Assembly (NCBI GenBank): GCA_965242865.1
Contig: CBDETK010000013.1
Coordinates: 4,224,001 to 4,288,000, forward strand
Direction: 5' to 3'
Source of the DNA: Candidatus Latescibacterota bacterium
Lineage (GTDB): Bacteria; Latescibacterota; UBA2968; UBA8231
DNA: 64,000 nucleotides
Each line of letters begins with the position of its first letter. The stretch's first letter is position 1. The translations under genes and the position numbers were made by a program. The notes under the pieces are model-generated. The model saw only the letters and a list, made by a program, of their open reading frames with translations, was not told the DNA's origin and did no database searches. Below are positions 25,562 to 34,729 of this stretch, in pieces.

Positions 25562-26013
25562 GCGGCGAGCACCGCTTCGTTCCGCTCGCGCCGATCCACT
25601 TACATCGCTTGATGGAGATTGAGCAACGCTCTTTTGCCAATCCGTGGAGCGAGGCTGACTTTTGCTATTTACTTGCCGACAGAGCGGCCCTGTGTTTGGG
25701 GGTTTTGCACCGCGGCGAGCTGGTCGGCTACGCGCTCGGCTATCTCGCCGGCCGCGATTTTCACCTCGCCAACCTCGCGGTGGAGCCGGCGTGTCGGAAT
25801 CGGGGCTGGGCTGGGCAGTTGTTGGGGCGGATATTGCGCTTGGCCGCAGCGCAGGGCGCTCGTTGTTGCGCGCTCGAAGTGCGTGCGGCAAATCAGGCCG
25901 CCCGGGCGCTCTATCGCAAGGCGGGGTTCCGGGTCGTAGGGCGGCGGCCGGCGTACTACCGAGCACCGCCGGACGACGCCATCCTAATGGAATGCAACAT
26001 AGAGATTTTGTAA
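25558..26013 (+). CDS. rimI: Ribosomal-protein-alanine N-acetyltransferase
   Basis: ATGA overlap with tsaB; F..PWS, NLAV, LEVRAAN..A..LY...GF and RPAYY...DAILM motifs. Confidence 0.9.
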   Translation: MSGEHRFVPLAPIHLHRLMEIEQRSFANPWSEADFCYLLADRAALCLGVLHRGELVGYALGYLAGRDFHLANLAVEPACRNRGWAGQLLGRILRLAAAQGARCCALEVRAANQAARALYRKAGFRVVGRRPAYYRAPPDDAILMECNIEIL

Positions 26014-26075
26014 TTTATTTATTATACTCTTAACCCCTGCAAAGCTCATATAGTAAACAGTAGAAGAGGGACGCG

Positions 26076-27185
26076 ATGGCCGAAGTAATTCTGAAGAATG
26101 TCCGCAAGGTGTACGACAAAGATGTGGTGGCGGTAGAAAACGCCAATATCGAGATCAAGGACCGCGAATTCGTGGTGCTAGTCGGCCCTTCGGGCTGTGG
26201 CAAGTCCACGACGCTGCGGATGATTGCCGGGCTCGAAGAAATCACGGCCGGCGAGATTTCAATAGACGGGACGGTCGTCAACGATGTGCCCCCCAAAGAC
26301 CGCGACATCGCCATGGTCTTCCAAAACTACGCCCTCTATCCTCACATGAACGTCTATCAAAACATGGCCTTTGGGCTCAAGCTGCGGAAATATCCCAAAG
26401 ACGAGATTGAGGCGCGGGTGCAAGAAGCGGCCGATATACTCGGCATCCAAGACTTGCTAGAGCGCAAGCCCAAAGCGCTTTCGGGCGGCCAGCGCCAGCG
26501 CGTGGCGGTGGGGCGCGCCATCGTCCGCAAGCCCAAGGTATTCCTCTTTGACGAACCGCTCTCCAACCTCGACGCGAAGCTACGGGTGCAGATGCGCACC
26601 GAGATCAGTAAATTGCACACCCGCCTAGAGGCCACCATGGTGTACGTGACGCACGACCAAGTCGAGGCCATGACCATGGGAGACCGCATTGTGGTCATGC
26701 GCGATGGCCTAATCCAGCAGATCGACAAGCCTCTCCACCTCTACAACAAACCCGTCAACCAGTTCGTCGCCGGCTTTATCGGCAGCCCCTCCATGAACTT
26801 CATCCGCGGCAAGCTGGCCGCCAACGGCAGCGGTCTGGTCTTTGACGAAGGCAGTATGCAGCTCGCCCTGCCCACCGCCCGCGGCGACCAGCTAGGCCGC
26901 TACTTGGGTCGGGAAGTGACGTTGGGCATCCGCCCGGAAGACATCCACGACCCAGATACCATTGGTCGCAATGTCGAGACGGTCGAAATTGCGGCCAAAG
27001 TCGAAGTGGTCGAACCCATGGGCAACGAAGTGTTCCTCAACCTAACCACCGGCAAAACCGCTTTTGTCGCCCGCGTGGATCCGCTCCACATGCCGCAGGT
27101 CGATCAAACGGTGCGGTTGGCTGTCGAGATAGACAAAGCCCACTTTTTTGCGCTGGACAACCAAGAGAGTCTGTTGCAGAAATAG
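26076..27185 (+). CDS. Carbohydrate ABC transporter ATPase (MalK/MsmX/UgpC family), stand-alone
   Basis: GPSGCGKST, MVFQNYALYPHM, LSGGQRQR, DEPLSNLDAKLR and a C-terminal TOBE region (LGIRPED). Confidence 0.93.
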   Translation: MAEVILKNVRKVYDKDVVAVENANIEIKDREFVVLVGPSGCGKSTTLRMIAGLEEITAGEISIDGTVVNDVPPKDRDIAMVFQNYALYPHMNVYQNMAFGLKLRKYPKDEIEARVQEAADILGIQDLLERKPKALSGGQRQRVAVGRAIVRKPKVFLFDEPLSNLDAKLRVQMRTEISKLHTRLEATMVYVTHDQVEAMTMGDRIVVMRDGLIQQIDKPLHLYNKPVNQFVAGFIGSPSMNFIRGKLAANGSGLVFDEGSMQLALPTARGDQLGRYLGREVTLGIRPEDIHDPDTIGRNVETVEIAAKVEVVEPMGNEVFLNLTTGKTAFVARVDPLHMPQVDQTVRLAVEIDKAHFFALDNQESLLQK

Positions 27186-27193
27186 GAATTGGC

Positions 27194-28336
27194 TTGCACG
27201 GCACGAGCGGCACCCCGCACTCCGGGGAGTTTAGCGGTCTGGCTCGTCGAGATCGGGCTGGGGCCGTGGCCGCAGCGTGGCTCGAATCGGGCCGCATTCC
27301 CCACGCGGTTCTCATCTGCGGCCCCGAGGGCATCGGCAAACGGAGCTTTGCGATCGCGTGGGCGCAAGCCCTGTTATGCACTGGTAGCGGCCCTGCGGCC
27401 TGCAACCGCTGCCCGAGCTGCCGCAAGATCGCCTCGTTCATGCACCCCGACCTCCACACCGCATTGCCGCGCCCGCCGCGCCGCGAAGACAAGCAAAAGC
27501 CTGCGCTGGCGGACTTGCGCGAATTCGTAGTGGAGTACGTCCGCGGCGCGCCCGCCGCGCTGCCCAGCAATGCCAATATCGCGGTTGATCACCTGCGCCA
27601 GTTGCAAAAAGAATTGGCGTTTGCGCCGACCGAATCGCCGCGCAAAGTCGGCCTGATCTTCGCGGCCGAGCGGATGCTCCCGGCCGGCGCCAATTCGCTG
27701 CTCAAGCTGTTGGAAGAGCCACCGGCCCGGGCCGTTGTCGTGCTGGTTTCGGCAGCGCCCAAGCGCCTCCTGCCCACCGTGCTCTCGCGCTGTCAGCGCA
27801 TGATTTTGAGTCCCTTAGATCCCGCGACCTTGCGGGCGCAGCTCGAACAGGAGGGCATAGCCGAGGACCGCTTAGAGCTTGCCGTGCGCATGGGCGCGGG
27901 TTCATTGCAGCAGGCCAAAGAGGTGGCGGCTGGGGAGTTCGACGGAACGCGGCGGTTGGTCGAGTCGTTTCTCACCGGCGGCTCAGAGCAACGCGACGAG
28001 GTGTATTGGAGCGTCCTCGAGGAATTGGGGCGAGACCGGGGCCAGCTAGAGCGTTTTTTGCAAGTCTGCGGCCTGTATCTGCGCGATCTCTTCCTGCTGG
28101 CGCACGGCCACGCCGCGTCGGTCGTCCAAGTCGATCGGCGTCCTTACCTAGAAAACCTGCTAGAGAAAATAGACGCGGCCCAAGCGGCCTTGGAAATCGA
28201 CCGCGCGGCCGCGACCTTGGGGCACAACGCCAACCCGCAGTTGGTGCTGACCGACCTGTGGCGCGGCTTGCGCCGCCCAGGCTCCGCGCGGACGCCGCCG
28301 CCCGACCCCAGCTCGGCGAGGATGCGGCGTTGGTAA
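27194..28336 (+). CDS. holB: DNA polymerase III subunit delta'
   Basis: HAVLICGPEGIGK, C..C..C zinc motif, HPD, NSLLKLLEEPP and LLPTVLSRC. Start codon uncertain. Confidence 0.88.
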   Translation: MHGTSGTPHSGEFSGLARRDRAGAVAAAWLESGRIPHAVLICGPEGIGKRSFAIAWAQALLCTGSGPAACNRCPSCRKIASFMHPDLHTALPRPPRREDKQKPALADLREFVVEYVRGAPAALPSNANIAVDHLRQLQKELAFAPTESPRKVGLIFAAERMLPAGANSLLKLLEEPPARAVVVLVSAAPKRLLPTVLSRCQRMILSPLDPATLRAQLEQEGIAEDRLELAVRMGAGSLQQAKEVAAGEFDGTRRLVESFLTGGSEQRDEVYWSVLEELGRDRGQLERFLQVCGLYLRDLFLLAHGHAASVVQVDRRPYLENLLEKIDAAQAALEIDRAAATLGHNANPQLVLTDLWRGLRRPGSARTPPPDPSSARMRRW

Positions 28337-28338
28337 AT

Positions 28339-29157
28339 GTGCATCGACCGCGGCCGCGCTTTGCCCAGCACTTCCTCGTCGCCCGAGAAGTTATAGAGGC
28401 CATGGCGGGGCTGGTGCGCCCGGCCGCCGGCGAGGTGGTCGTCGAGATCGGCCCGGGTCGAGGGGCGTTGACCGAGGGGCTGCTCTCCTTGGTGGATCGC
28501 CTCGTGGCCGTAGAAATCGACCGCGACTTGGCGGCCTTGCTGCGGGCGCGCCCAGACGCGAGTAGGCTAGACCTGATCGAAGGAGATATTCTACACGTCG
28601 ATCTTGGGGAGGTCTTGCGGGCGGCGGGCGGCGGGCGGCTGCTGATCGTCGGCAATCTTCCCTACAACATCACCGCTCCGCTGCTCTTTCACCTCCTCGC
28701 CCACGCCGATTGCATCAGCCGGGCCATCGTCATGGTCCAACGCGAAGTGGCTCAGCGTTTAGCCGCCGGTCCCGGCTCAAAGGAGTACAGCCTGTTGTCG
28801 GTATTGGTGGCCCTGCGCGCCCAAGTGGAAACGCGCTTGCAGGTGGGACGCGCTTGCTTCCGCCCCGTACCGGCGGTGGATTCGTCCGTAGTTGAGTTGC
28901 GCTTTGCTCCCCAGCTCCGCTACCCAGTAGAGGACGTGAACGAGTTAGACCGCTTGGTGCGCCGAGCCTTTGGCCAGCGGCGCAAGATGCTGCGCAATTC
29001 GCTCCTCGGCCTCCATCCCGGCGGTGGGCGGCCTTGGCTCGAAGCGGTGGGCCAACAGGCCGGCATCGAACTAACGCGCCGCCCGGAGGAATTGTCGATA
29101 GAGGAATTCATCCGGCTGAGCGACGCCTGCTCGCGCTTAAAAAGGGAAAGACCGTGA
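28339..29157 (+). CDS. rsmA: 16S rRNA dimethyladenosine transferase
   Basis: GTG at 28339; FAQHFL, EIGPGRGALT, VGNLPYNIT, MVQREVA, F.P.P.VDS and FGQRRKMLRNSL motifs. Confidence 0.94.
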   Translation: MHRPRPRFAQHFLVAREVIEAMAGLVRPAAGEVVVEIGPGRGALTEGLLSLVDRLVAVEIDRDLAALLRARPDASRLDLIEGDILHVDLGEVLRAAGGGRLLIVGNLPYNITAPLLFHLLAHADCISRAIVMVQREVAQRLAAGPGSKEYSLLSVLVALRAQVETRLQVGRACFRPVPAVDSSVVELRFAPQLRYPVEDVNELDRLVRRAFGQRRKMLRNSLLGLHPGGGRPWLEAVGQQAGIELTRRPEELSIEEFIRLSDACSRLKRERP

Positions 29158-31130
29158 AGCCGGTCTCGGTCTTGTGGCAGGTGGGTTGGCTCGTCTCGGC
29201 GGCGTGGACAGCGGTCGATGCCCAGCAGTACTCGCTCAACTTCAGCCGGTCCAGCAGCCGAACCTCTTGGAACCACCGCTTGCCGAGCTGGAACTACTCG
29301 ACGCCCGTGCGTTTTTCAGCGGTCGGGGACTCGACTTCCAAACTGACGATTACCGCATCGGCGAACATGGGGTTTACCCTCGACGACCGCAGCGGCGGCA
29401 AGAGTTGGCAGGACAATGCCTCGGGCCGAACTTCGATCAACTATCCCATTCTCGGGCCAAAGGCCACCATCAGCCTCGGCGCCTCCATGAGTACGCGCAA
29501 CGTGACGCTCCAGAAGCAGAGGACGCGCAGCCAGTCCTTTAACTTTGGGTTTAGGTCCAAGCCGTTGAGCAGCGGCCCGTTCAAGAGCCTGAGCGCCAAC
29601 CTAACCCCGAGCCTAATCTCCGCCACCCGCGCCACCCGCGCCAATCTCGACAGCACCATCCGGGAAACCGGAATTCGCTACAATGCTTCGCTGAGGGTTT
29701 CACCCGACATCGAGATTGCCGGCAAAAAACTGAGCAACTCGATTTCGCTGAGCAAAACGGACGACACGCTCGAGCACAACAAAAATCGCAGCGATCGACT
29801 GAGCGGCAACGTGAGCTATACCTTTCCCGGGGACATACGCATCGGCCTGAGCATGTCCGAGAATCGCTCGCAGCGCGGCCTCCCGCGCCGCGTCATCAGC
29901 GAGGAGGTGGTCGGGGAAACCGCGTTGCGCGATACCGTAGTCAGTGCCGAGTTATCGCAAACGCGCGGCACCAGCCTATCCTCCAACGTGGAGTTCGACC
30001 TAGGGCGATTCAAGATCAAAAACCGCGCCTCTTACAGTCAGAACGAGCAGACCAACACGGCCAACGCGGCCCAAGACTTAAACAACCGCTTCTTCGGCAA
30101 GGACCGCCTCAGCGAGAACTTTAGCTGGGACGCATCCCTTTCGGGCAAGTTGGTCGAGAAGCTGGTCCTCACCGCCAACGTGCGCTTCAAAGGCAGCGAC
30201 GTGCGCCGGCTGGCGGTGCGGGTGCTCGACACCAGCCGCTGCGCCAGCGAGTTCACGCGCTCGGCGGACGGAACGTGCCGCGATCCAACCTCGGACCTGA
30301 CCGACCGCAACCTCTTTCTCAACGGCTCGCTCAACTGGCCCCTATCCGATGCCCACTCCCTGCGGCTGACGACCTTTGGCGATATCAAACGCTCGGAAAA
30401 CCCAGGGCGCCCCGATCAGGACCGCGACACCTTTAACCACAGCATTTCCCTCAGCTACAACGGCACCCTGCGCTCGGGAACCAAGGTGCGCGTCGATCTC
30501 AAAAACAGCTTTTTGCACCGCGTGAACCTGCACGCCACCCGCGCCGGGAACAACTCGCGCAACCGCGACCTCTCGCTCAATATCGGCACCAATTACGAGC
30601 GCTTGGGGGCGTCCTTTTCGCACCGATTCAGCGTTTCCGCCAAGCGCACTATTTTCGATTTCGACCGCCAGGTCAATCGCCGCGAGTCGTCGCGCAAAAG
30701 CAAAATCCGCCGCGGCTGGAGCATGTCGCACACGCTCCAGCGCAAGATCGCGGCCGCCCTTTCGCTCAACGGCCGCTACGAATACTCGGCCGACGATGAC
30801 GGCACCTTGATTTTGGAAAACGGAGCTCAGATCGTCGAAGAGGAAAACGCCCGCTACACCCTCCGCTTCGGCATGACCTACTCGCCCAGTGCCTCCTACT
30901 CGGCCGGCGCGAGCTACACCTACAAGCTGGCCCGCCAGTGGGATTACGACTACTCCGCGCTCGACCAGCCGCGCTCCCTCAACCGCCGCAATAGGCACCG
31001 GACCCTGTCGGCGAACTTCAACTACAACCCGGTCGGCAGCAACAACAAGCTCAACCTCCGCGGCAGCCGCAATCACCAGCGCAGCGGCACGTTTGACAGC
31101 TTCACGGTGACCTATACGCGCTCGCTGTAA
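29154..31130 (+). CDS. Uncharacterised exported protein, probable large outer-membrane beta-barrel
   Basis: GTGA overlap with rsmA; signal peptide ending AVDA; Ser/Asn/Arg-rich with many alternating amphipathic strands; ends FTVTYTRSL. Confidence 0.7.
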   Translation: MKPVSVLWQVGWLVSAAWTAVDAQQYSLNFSRSSSRTSWNHRLPSWNYSTPVRFSAVGDSTSKLTITASANMGFTLDDRSGGKSWQDNASGRTSINYPILGPKATISLGASMSTRNVTLQKQRTRSQSFNFGFRSKPLSSGPFKSLSANLTPSLISATRATRANLDSTIRETGIRYNASLRVSPDIEIAGKKLSNSISLSKTDDTLEHNKNRSDRLSGNVSYTFPGDIRIGLSMSENRSQRGLPRRVISEEVVGETALRDTVVSAELSQTRGTSLSSNVEFDLGRFKIKNRASYSQNEQTNTANAAQDLNNRFFGKDRLSENFSWDASLSGKLVEKLVLTANVRFKGSDVRRLAVRVLDTSRCASEFTRSADGTCRDPTSDLTDRNLFLNGSLNWPLSDAHSLRLTTFGDIKRSENPGRPDQDRDTFNHSISLSYNGTLRSGTKVRVDLKNSFLHRVNLHATRAGNNSRNRDLSLNIGTNYERLGASFSHRFSVSAKRTIFDFDRQVNRRESSRKSKIRRGWSMSHTLQRKIAAALSLNGRYEYSADDDGTLILENGAQIVEEENARYTLRFGMTYSPSASYSAGASYTYKLARQWDYDYSALDQPRSLNRRNRHRTLSANFNYNPVGSNNKLNLRGSRNHQRSGTFDSFTVTYTRSL

Positions 31131-31205
31131 TAGCTCAACACTGGTAACAACTTCGCAGTGGTGTTACCTTAATGACTCGCTTACTTGCCCAAGGAGATTT
31201 TCTGC

Positions 31206-32126
31206 ATGCCCCTACCCAAATGCGATAAAATTTGGTTCAATGGCCAATTGGTTGATTGGGACGACGCCAAAATTCACGTGCTCTCCCATGTAGTACACTA
31301 CGGCTCGAGCGTCTTTGAAGGCATTCGCTGTTACGAGACCGCGAAAGGCTCGGCCGTATTCCGCCTCGACGAGCACGTCAACAGGCTGTTTGATTCCGCC
31401 AAGATCTACCGCATGGAAATTCCCTATACGCCGGCGGAAATCAGCGAGGCCATCCTCGAGACGATTCGCGTCAATCAACTCGCGGCTTGCTATATCCGCC
31501 CGGTCGTCTTCCGCGGCTACGACAACCTCGGCGTCGATCCGATGGGATGCCCGGTGGACGTAGTGATCGCCGTTTGGCAGTGGGGCGAGTACCTCGGGGA
31601 GGCCGCGCTCAAAAACGGCGTTTCGGTCTGCACCTCGTCGTGGAATCGCATGGCACCGAATACGTTTCCGGCCTTGGCCAAGGCCGGCGGCAATTACCTC
31701 AACTCCCAGCTCGTGCGGATTGAAGCCAACATGAACGGCTACGACGAGGGCATTGTCTTGGGAACCGATGGATTGGTGAGCGAGGGCAGCGGCGAGAACC
31801 TCTTCGTCATCAAAAACGGCTCGATCTACACGCCGGCGTCTAATTTCGCCATCCTGCCGGGCGTTACCCGCCACACCGCCATTACCCTGATCCGCGATCT
31901 GGGCATGCGGGTCGAGCAACGCGGTATTCCGCGCGAGTTCCTCTACATCGCCGACGAGGTATTTTTCACGGGCACAGCGGCCGAAATCACCCCGATCCGC
32001 GCCATCGACCAAGTGCCGATCGGCAATGGGAAGTGCGGGCCGATCACCGCGCAAATCCAAAAGGGCTTTTTTGCGGTGGTTCGCGTCGAAGTCGAGGATC
32101 GGCACGGCTGGTTGACATTCGTGTGA
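31206..32126 (+). CDS. ilvE: Branched-chain amino-acid aminotransferase
   Basis: [22 protein letters not shown] (PLP Lys), EGSGEN, ILPGVTR and GTAAEITP motifs; SD AAGGAG. Confidence 0.95.
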   Translation: MPLPKCDKIWFNGQLVDWDDAKIHVLSHVVHYGSSVFEGIRCYETAKGSAVFRLDEHVNRLFDSAKIYRMEIPYTPAEISEAILETIRVNQLAACYIRPVVFRGYDNLGVDPMGCPVDVVIAVWQWGEYLGEAALKNGVSVCTSSWNRMAPNTFPALAKAGGNYLNSQLVRIEANMNGYDEGIVLGTDGLVSEGSGENLFVIKNGSIYTPASNFAILPGVTRHTAITLIRDLGMRVEQRGIPREFLYIADEVFFTGTAAEITPIRAIDQVPIGNGKCGPITAQIQKGFFAVVRVEVEDRHGWLTFV

Positions 32127-32148
32127 CGTATAAAGGAAAGAAGAGAAT

Positions 32149-33984
32149 ATGCCTGCTGTTAGAATGTCCGTAGTGGCCGCTTGGTTGGGCCTTTGCGTCG
32201 TCGCCCCGGCCGCGGCCGAGGAAGGGGCGTGGGAGGTGGTGCAGAAAATGCTCATGAGTACCAAGGATATTGTCGTACTCGACGGCACCAAGAAGGTGCC
32301 CCTGCGCTACGAGGGGGAAGCAGAGCCTGCCCACGGCGACTGGATGGTGCGCCACCTGCTGTCCGATCCCGAAAGGCTCAACCCGTACACCTCCAGCGAT
32401 GCCGGTGCCAGCAGGGTGCTGGAGCACATCTTTGAGAGCCTGCTCGACGCCGGTCACGATCCGCCGTACAACCTGCGGGGTCGAGTCGCCAAAGAGTACC
32501 CGGAGGTTTCCGCGGACAAACTCGCGTACACGTTTGAGTTGCGCGACGGGGTTTACTTTTCAGACGGCAAGCCCCTGACGGCCGCGGACGTGGTCTTCAG
32601 CATGAAGGTCATCCACAATCCCCAAGTACTCGCGCCGCATCTGCGCAACTACTACGCCACGGTCCGAGACGTGCAGGTCGTGGAGACCAACAAAATTCGC
32701 TTCCTTTGCCGCGAGCCTTATTTCCGCAACGACTTGATCTTGGGTGGCCTTTCTATCCTGCCCAAACACTTCTACGACCCGGAGGGGCTGATGGACCCAG
32801 TCGAGCTCACCAGCTTGGTCGATGGCTCTTGGGAGGCCGGGCCGCACGCAGACCGGGTCCGGCGCTTTGCCGACCAGTTCAACCAAAACTTCAACCGCCA
32901 AGCCCTCGGGTCCGGGCCGTACCGGATTGAAGACCCAGCGCGCGATTTGGTCACCCAGCAGAAAGTCGTGCTGACGCGGAATGCAAACTACTGGGGGCGG
33001 AATGTGGCAGGGCTGCTGCCGCCCGGGTTTGTCGATAAGGTGGTTTTTAAGATCATCAACAATACGGACGCCGCGTTCATCGAGTTGACCAACGGCCACC
33101 TCGACTACCACAGCTTGCGCCCGCTGGAGTTCCAGAAAAAGAGCTGGTCCGACGACTTTAACCGCCGCTTCCTCAAAGGGGTTAGCTACTCCAGCGGCTA
33201 TGTGTACATCGGGTGGAACAACGACCACCGGATTTTCGGGGATAAGCGGGTGCGCCAAGCCATGACCTACTTGACGGACCGCGAGGGCATGGTGGAGAAC
33301 ATCATGTTCGGCTTGGCCGAGACGGTAGAGGGGCCGATTCACAAATTCCGCCCCGAATACAACCACGACCTCGCGCCGTACCCGTACGACCCCGACCGCG
33401 CCCTCGACCTGCTGGCGGAGGCGGGCTGGGCGGACGCCGACGAGGACGGCATCCTCGACAAGAGCATAGACGGGGAGTTGGTGCCGTTCCGCTTTGAGAT
33501 ATTGGTCAATTCGGGCAACCAGATCCGCAAAGACATCGCCCTAACGGTCCAATACGAACTGCAAGACATCGGCATTGACTGCCGAGTGCGCGAGTTAGAC
33601 TGGTCGATCTTTCTGCAAAAGATCAAGCGCAAAAACTTTGACGCCATGGTGCTGGCCTGGACCGGCAGTTTGCGCTTCGCGCCCGATGGCTACCAGATCT
33701 GGCATTCCTCCCAAGCCGTCGAGAACGGTTCCAACCACGTAGTCTTTGTCAACGACGAAGTGGACCAAATTTTGGAGTCCTATCGCCGCGAGTTCGACGC
33801 GGACCAGCGCACCGCGCTCTACCGCCGCTTTCAGGAGATCCTGCACGAGGAACAGCCGTACACCTTCATGTGGAAGCCGCGCTCGCCCCAAGCCTACAGC
33901 CGCCGCTTCCGCGGCGTCACTTGGTATCCCCCCGGCGTCCGCTTGCAAGACTGGTGGGTCGCGCAGGAAGAGCAGCTATACTAG
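32149..33984 (+). CDS. Oligopeptide/dipeptide ABC transporter substrate-binding protein (SBP family 5)
   Basis: Signal peptide; LNP, F.LRDGV.FSDG.PLTA.DV.FS, GSGPY, DKRVRQA, YDPD.A..LLAEAGW and QEILHEEQPY motifs. Confidence 0.92.
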   Translation: MPAVRMSVVAAWLGLCVVAPAAAEEGAWEVVQKMLMSTKDIVVLDGTKKVPLRYEGEAEPAHGDWMVRHLLSDPERLNPYTSSDAGASRVLEHIFESLLDAGHDPPYNLRGRVAKEYPEVSADKLAYTFELRDGVYFSDGKPLTAADVVFSMKVIHNPQVLAPHLRNYYATVRDVQVVETNKIRFLCREPYFRNDLILGGLSILPKHFYDPEGLMDPVELTSLVDGSWEAGPHADRVRRFADQFNQNFNRQALGSGPYRIEDPARDLVTQQKVVLTRNANYWGRNVAGLLPPGFVDKVVFKIINNTDAAFIELTNGHLDYHSLRPLEFQKKSWSDDFNRRFLKGVSYSSGYVYIGWNNDHRIFGDKRVRQAMTYLTDREGMVENIMFGLAETVEGPIHKFRPEYNHDLAPYPYDPDRALDLLAEAGWADADEDGILDKSIDGELVPFRFEILVNSGNQIRKDIALTVQYELQDIGIDCRVRELDWSIFLQKIKRKNFDAMVLAWTGSLRFAPDGYQIWHSSQAVENGSNHVVFVNDEVDQILESYRREFDADQRTALYRRFQEILHEEQPYTFMWKPRSPQAYSRRFRGVTWYPPGVRLQDWWVAQEEQLY

Positions 33985-33990
33985 CAGCCC

Positions 33991-34407
33991 GTGTCCTGTG
34001 CAGACACCCTCCAGTGGGAGAGCCTCCCCCTGCGCCGGGAGAAGCCAGCCAAGTCCATGCTGTTGGTCGCGCTCATCGTCGCTTCGGCCGCGGCCGCGGC
34101 CATTGGGTTTGAGCATTGGTTTTACGGGCTATTTTCTTTCGGAGCATTGACCGCCTCCCTGTCGCGCTATTTCTTTCCCACGCGCTACGTGCTCAACGGC
34201 GAAGGGGTTCACAGCGAACACCTCGGCCTCAAACGACGCCGGTTTTGGGGGGAATTTCGCCGGGCCGACGAACAGCGGGACGGCATTTTTTTGCGGCCGT
34301 CGGTCCGCCCGGGTCGGCTCGATTCCTTTCGCGGCGTTTTTTTGCGCTTCGATCAAAACCGCGCCGAAGTTGCGCGGTTCGTCCGGTGCCATGTTCCGAA
34401 TCAATAG
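33991..34407 (+). CDS. Small membrane protein (2 TM plus a short beta-rich cytoplasmic domain), unknown function
   Basis: Fills the gap between coupled neighbours; two hydrophobic helices followed by FFPTRY...W..F...LDSFRG. Confidence 0.75.
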   Translation: MSCADTLQWESLPLRREKPAKSMLLVALIVASAAAAAIGFEHWFYGLFSFGALTASLSRYFFPTRYVLNGEGVHSEHLGLKRRRFWGEFRRADEQRDGIFLRPSVRPGRLDSFRGVFLRFDQNRAEVARFVRCHVPNQ

Positions 34408-34729
34408 CTTAAAAGCCCAGTGGCGGCACGCTTTTGCCCTCGAAGACCCAGCGGCGGGTTGGTCTGAGGACGAGCGGGCACTCGTCGAGCGGCTGGCCGA
34501 GTTTATAGTGAGTCGCCGCTTGGGCGCGGCCGCGACCATGGCGTTGGAGGCCGGTCGCCCGCTCAACTTTTTGGGCAGCCAAGCCTTGGTTTTCTTGGCC
34601 CCGTTTGCCACGCTAATTTTTTCGCCCACCGAGTACCAGCACTTTACGCGCATGTTGGAGCGCCGCGAGTGCATAGACTTGCTCGCCGAGGCCATTGCCC
34701 AGCGCGACAGCCAAAAGCCAAAAGCATGA
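34391..34729 (+). CDS. Small helical membrane-associated protein, unknown function
   Basis: Overlaps the upstream ORF and has an ATGA overlap with the next gene; LEAGRPLNFLGSQALVFLAPF hydrophobic segment. Confidence 0.75.
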   Translation: MFRINSLKAQWRHAFALEDPAAGWSEDERALVERLAEFIVSRRLGAAATMALEAGRPLNFLGSQALVFLAPFATLIFSPTEYQHFTRMLERRECIDLLAEAIAQRDSQKPKA

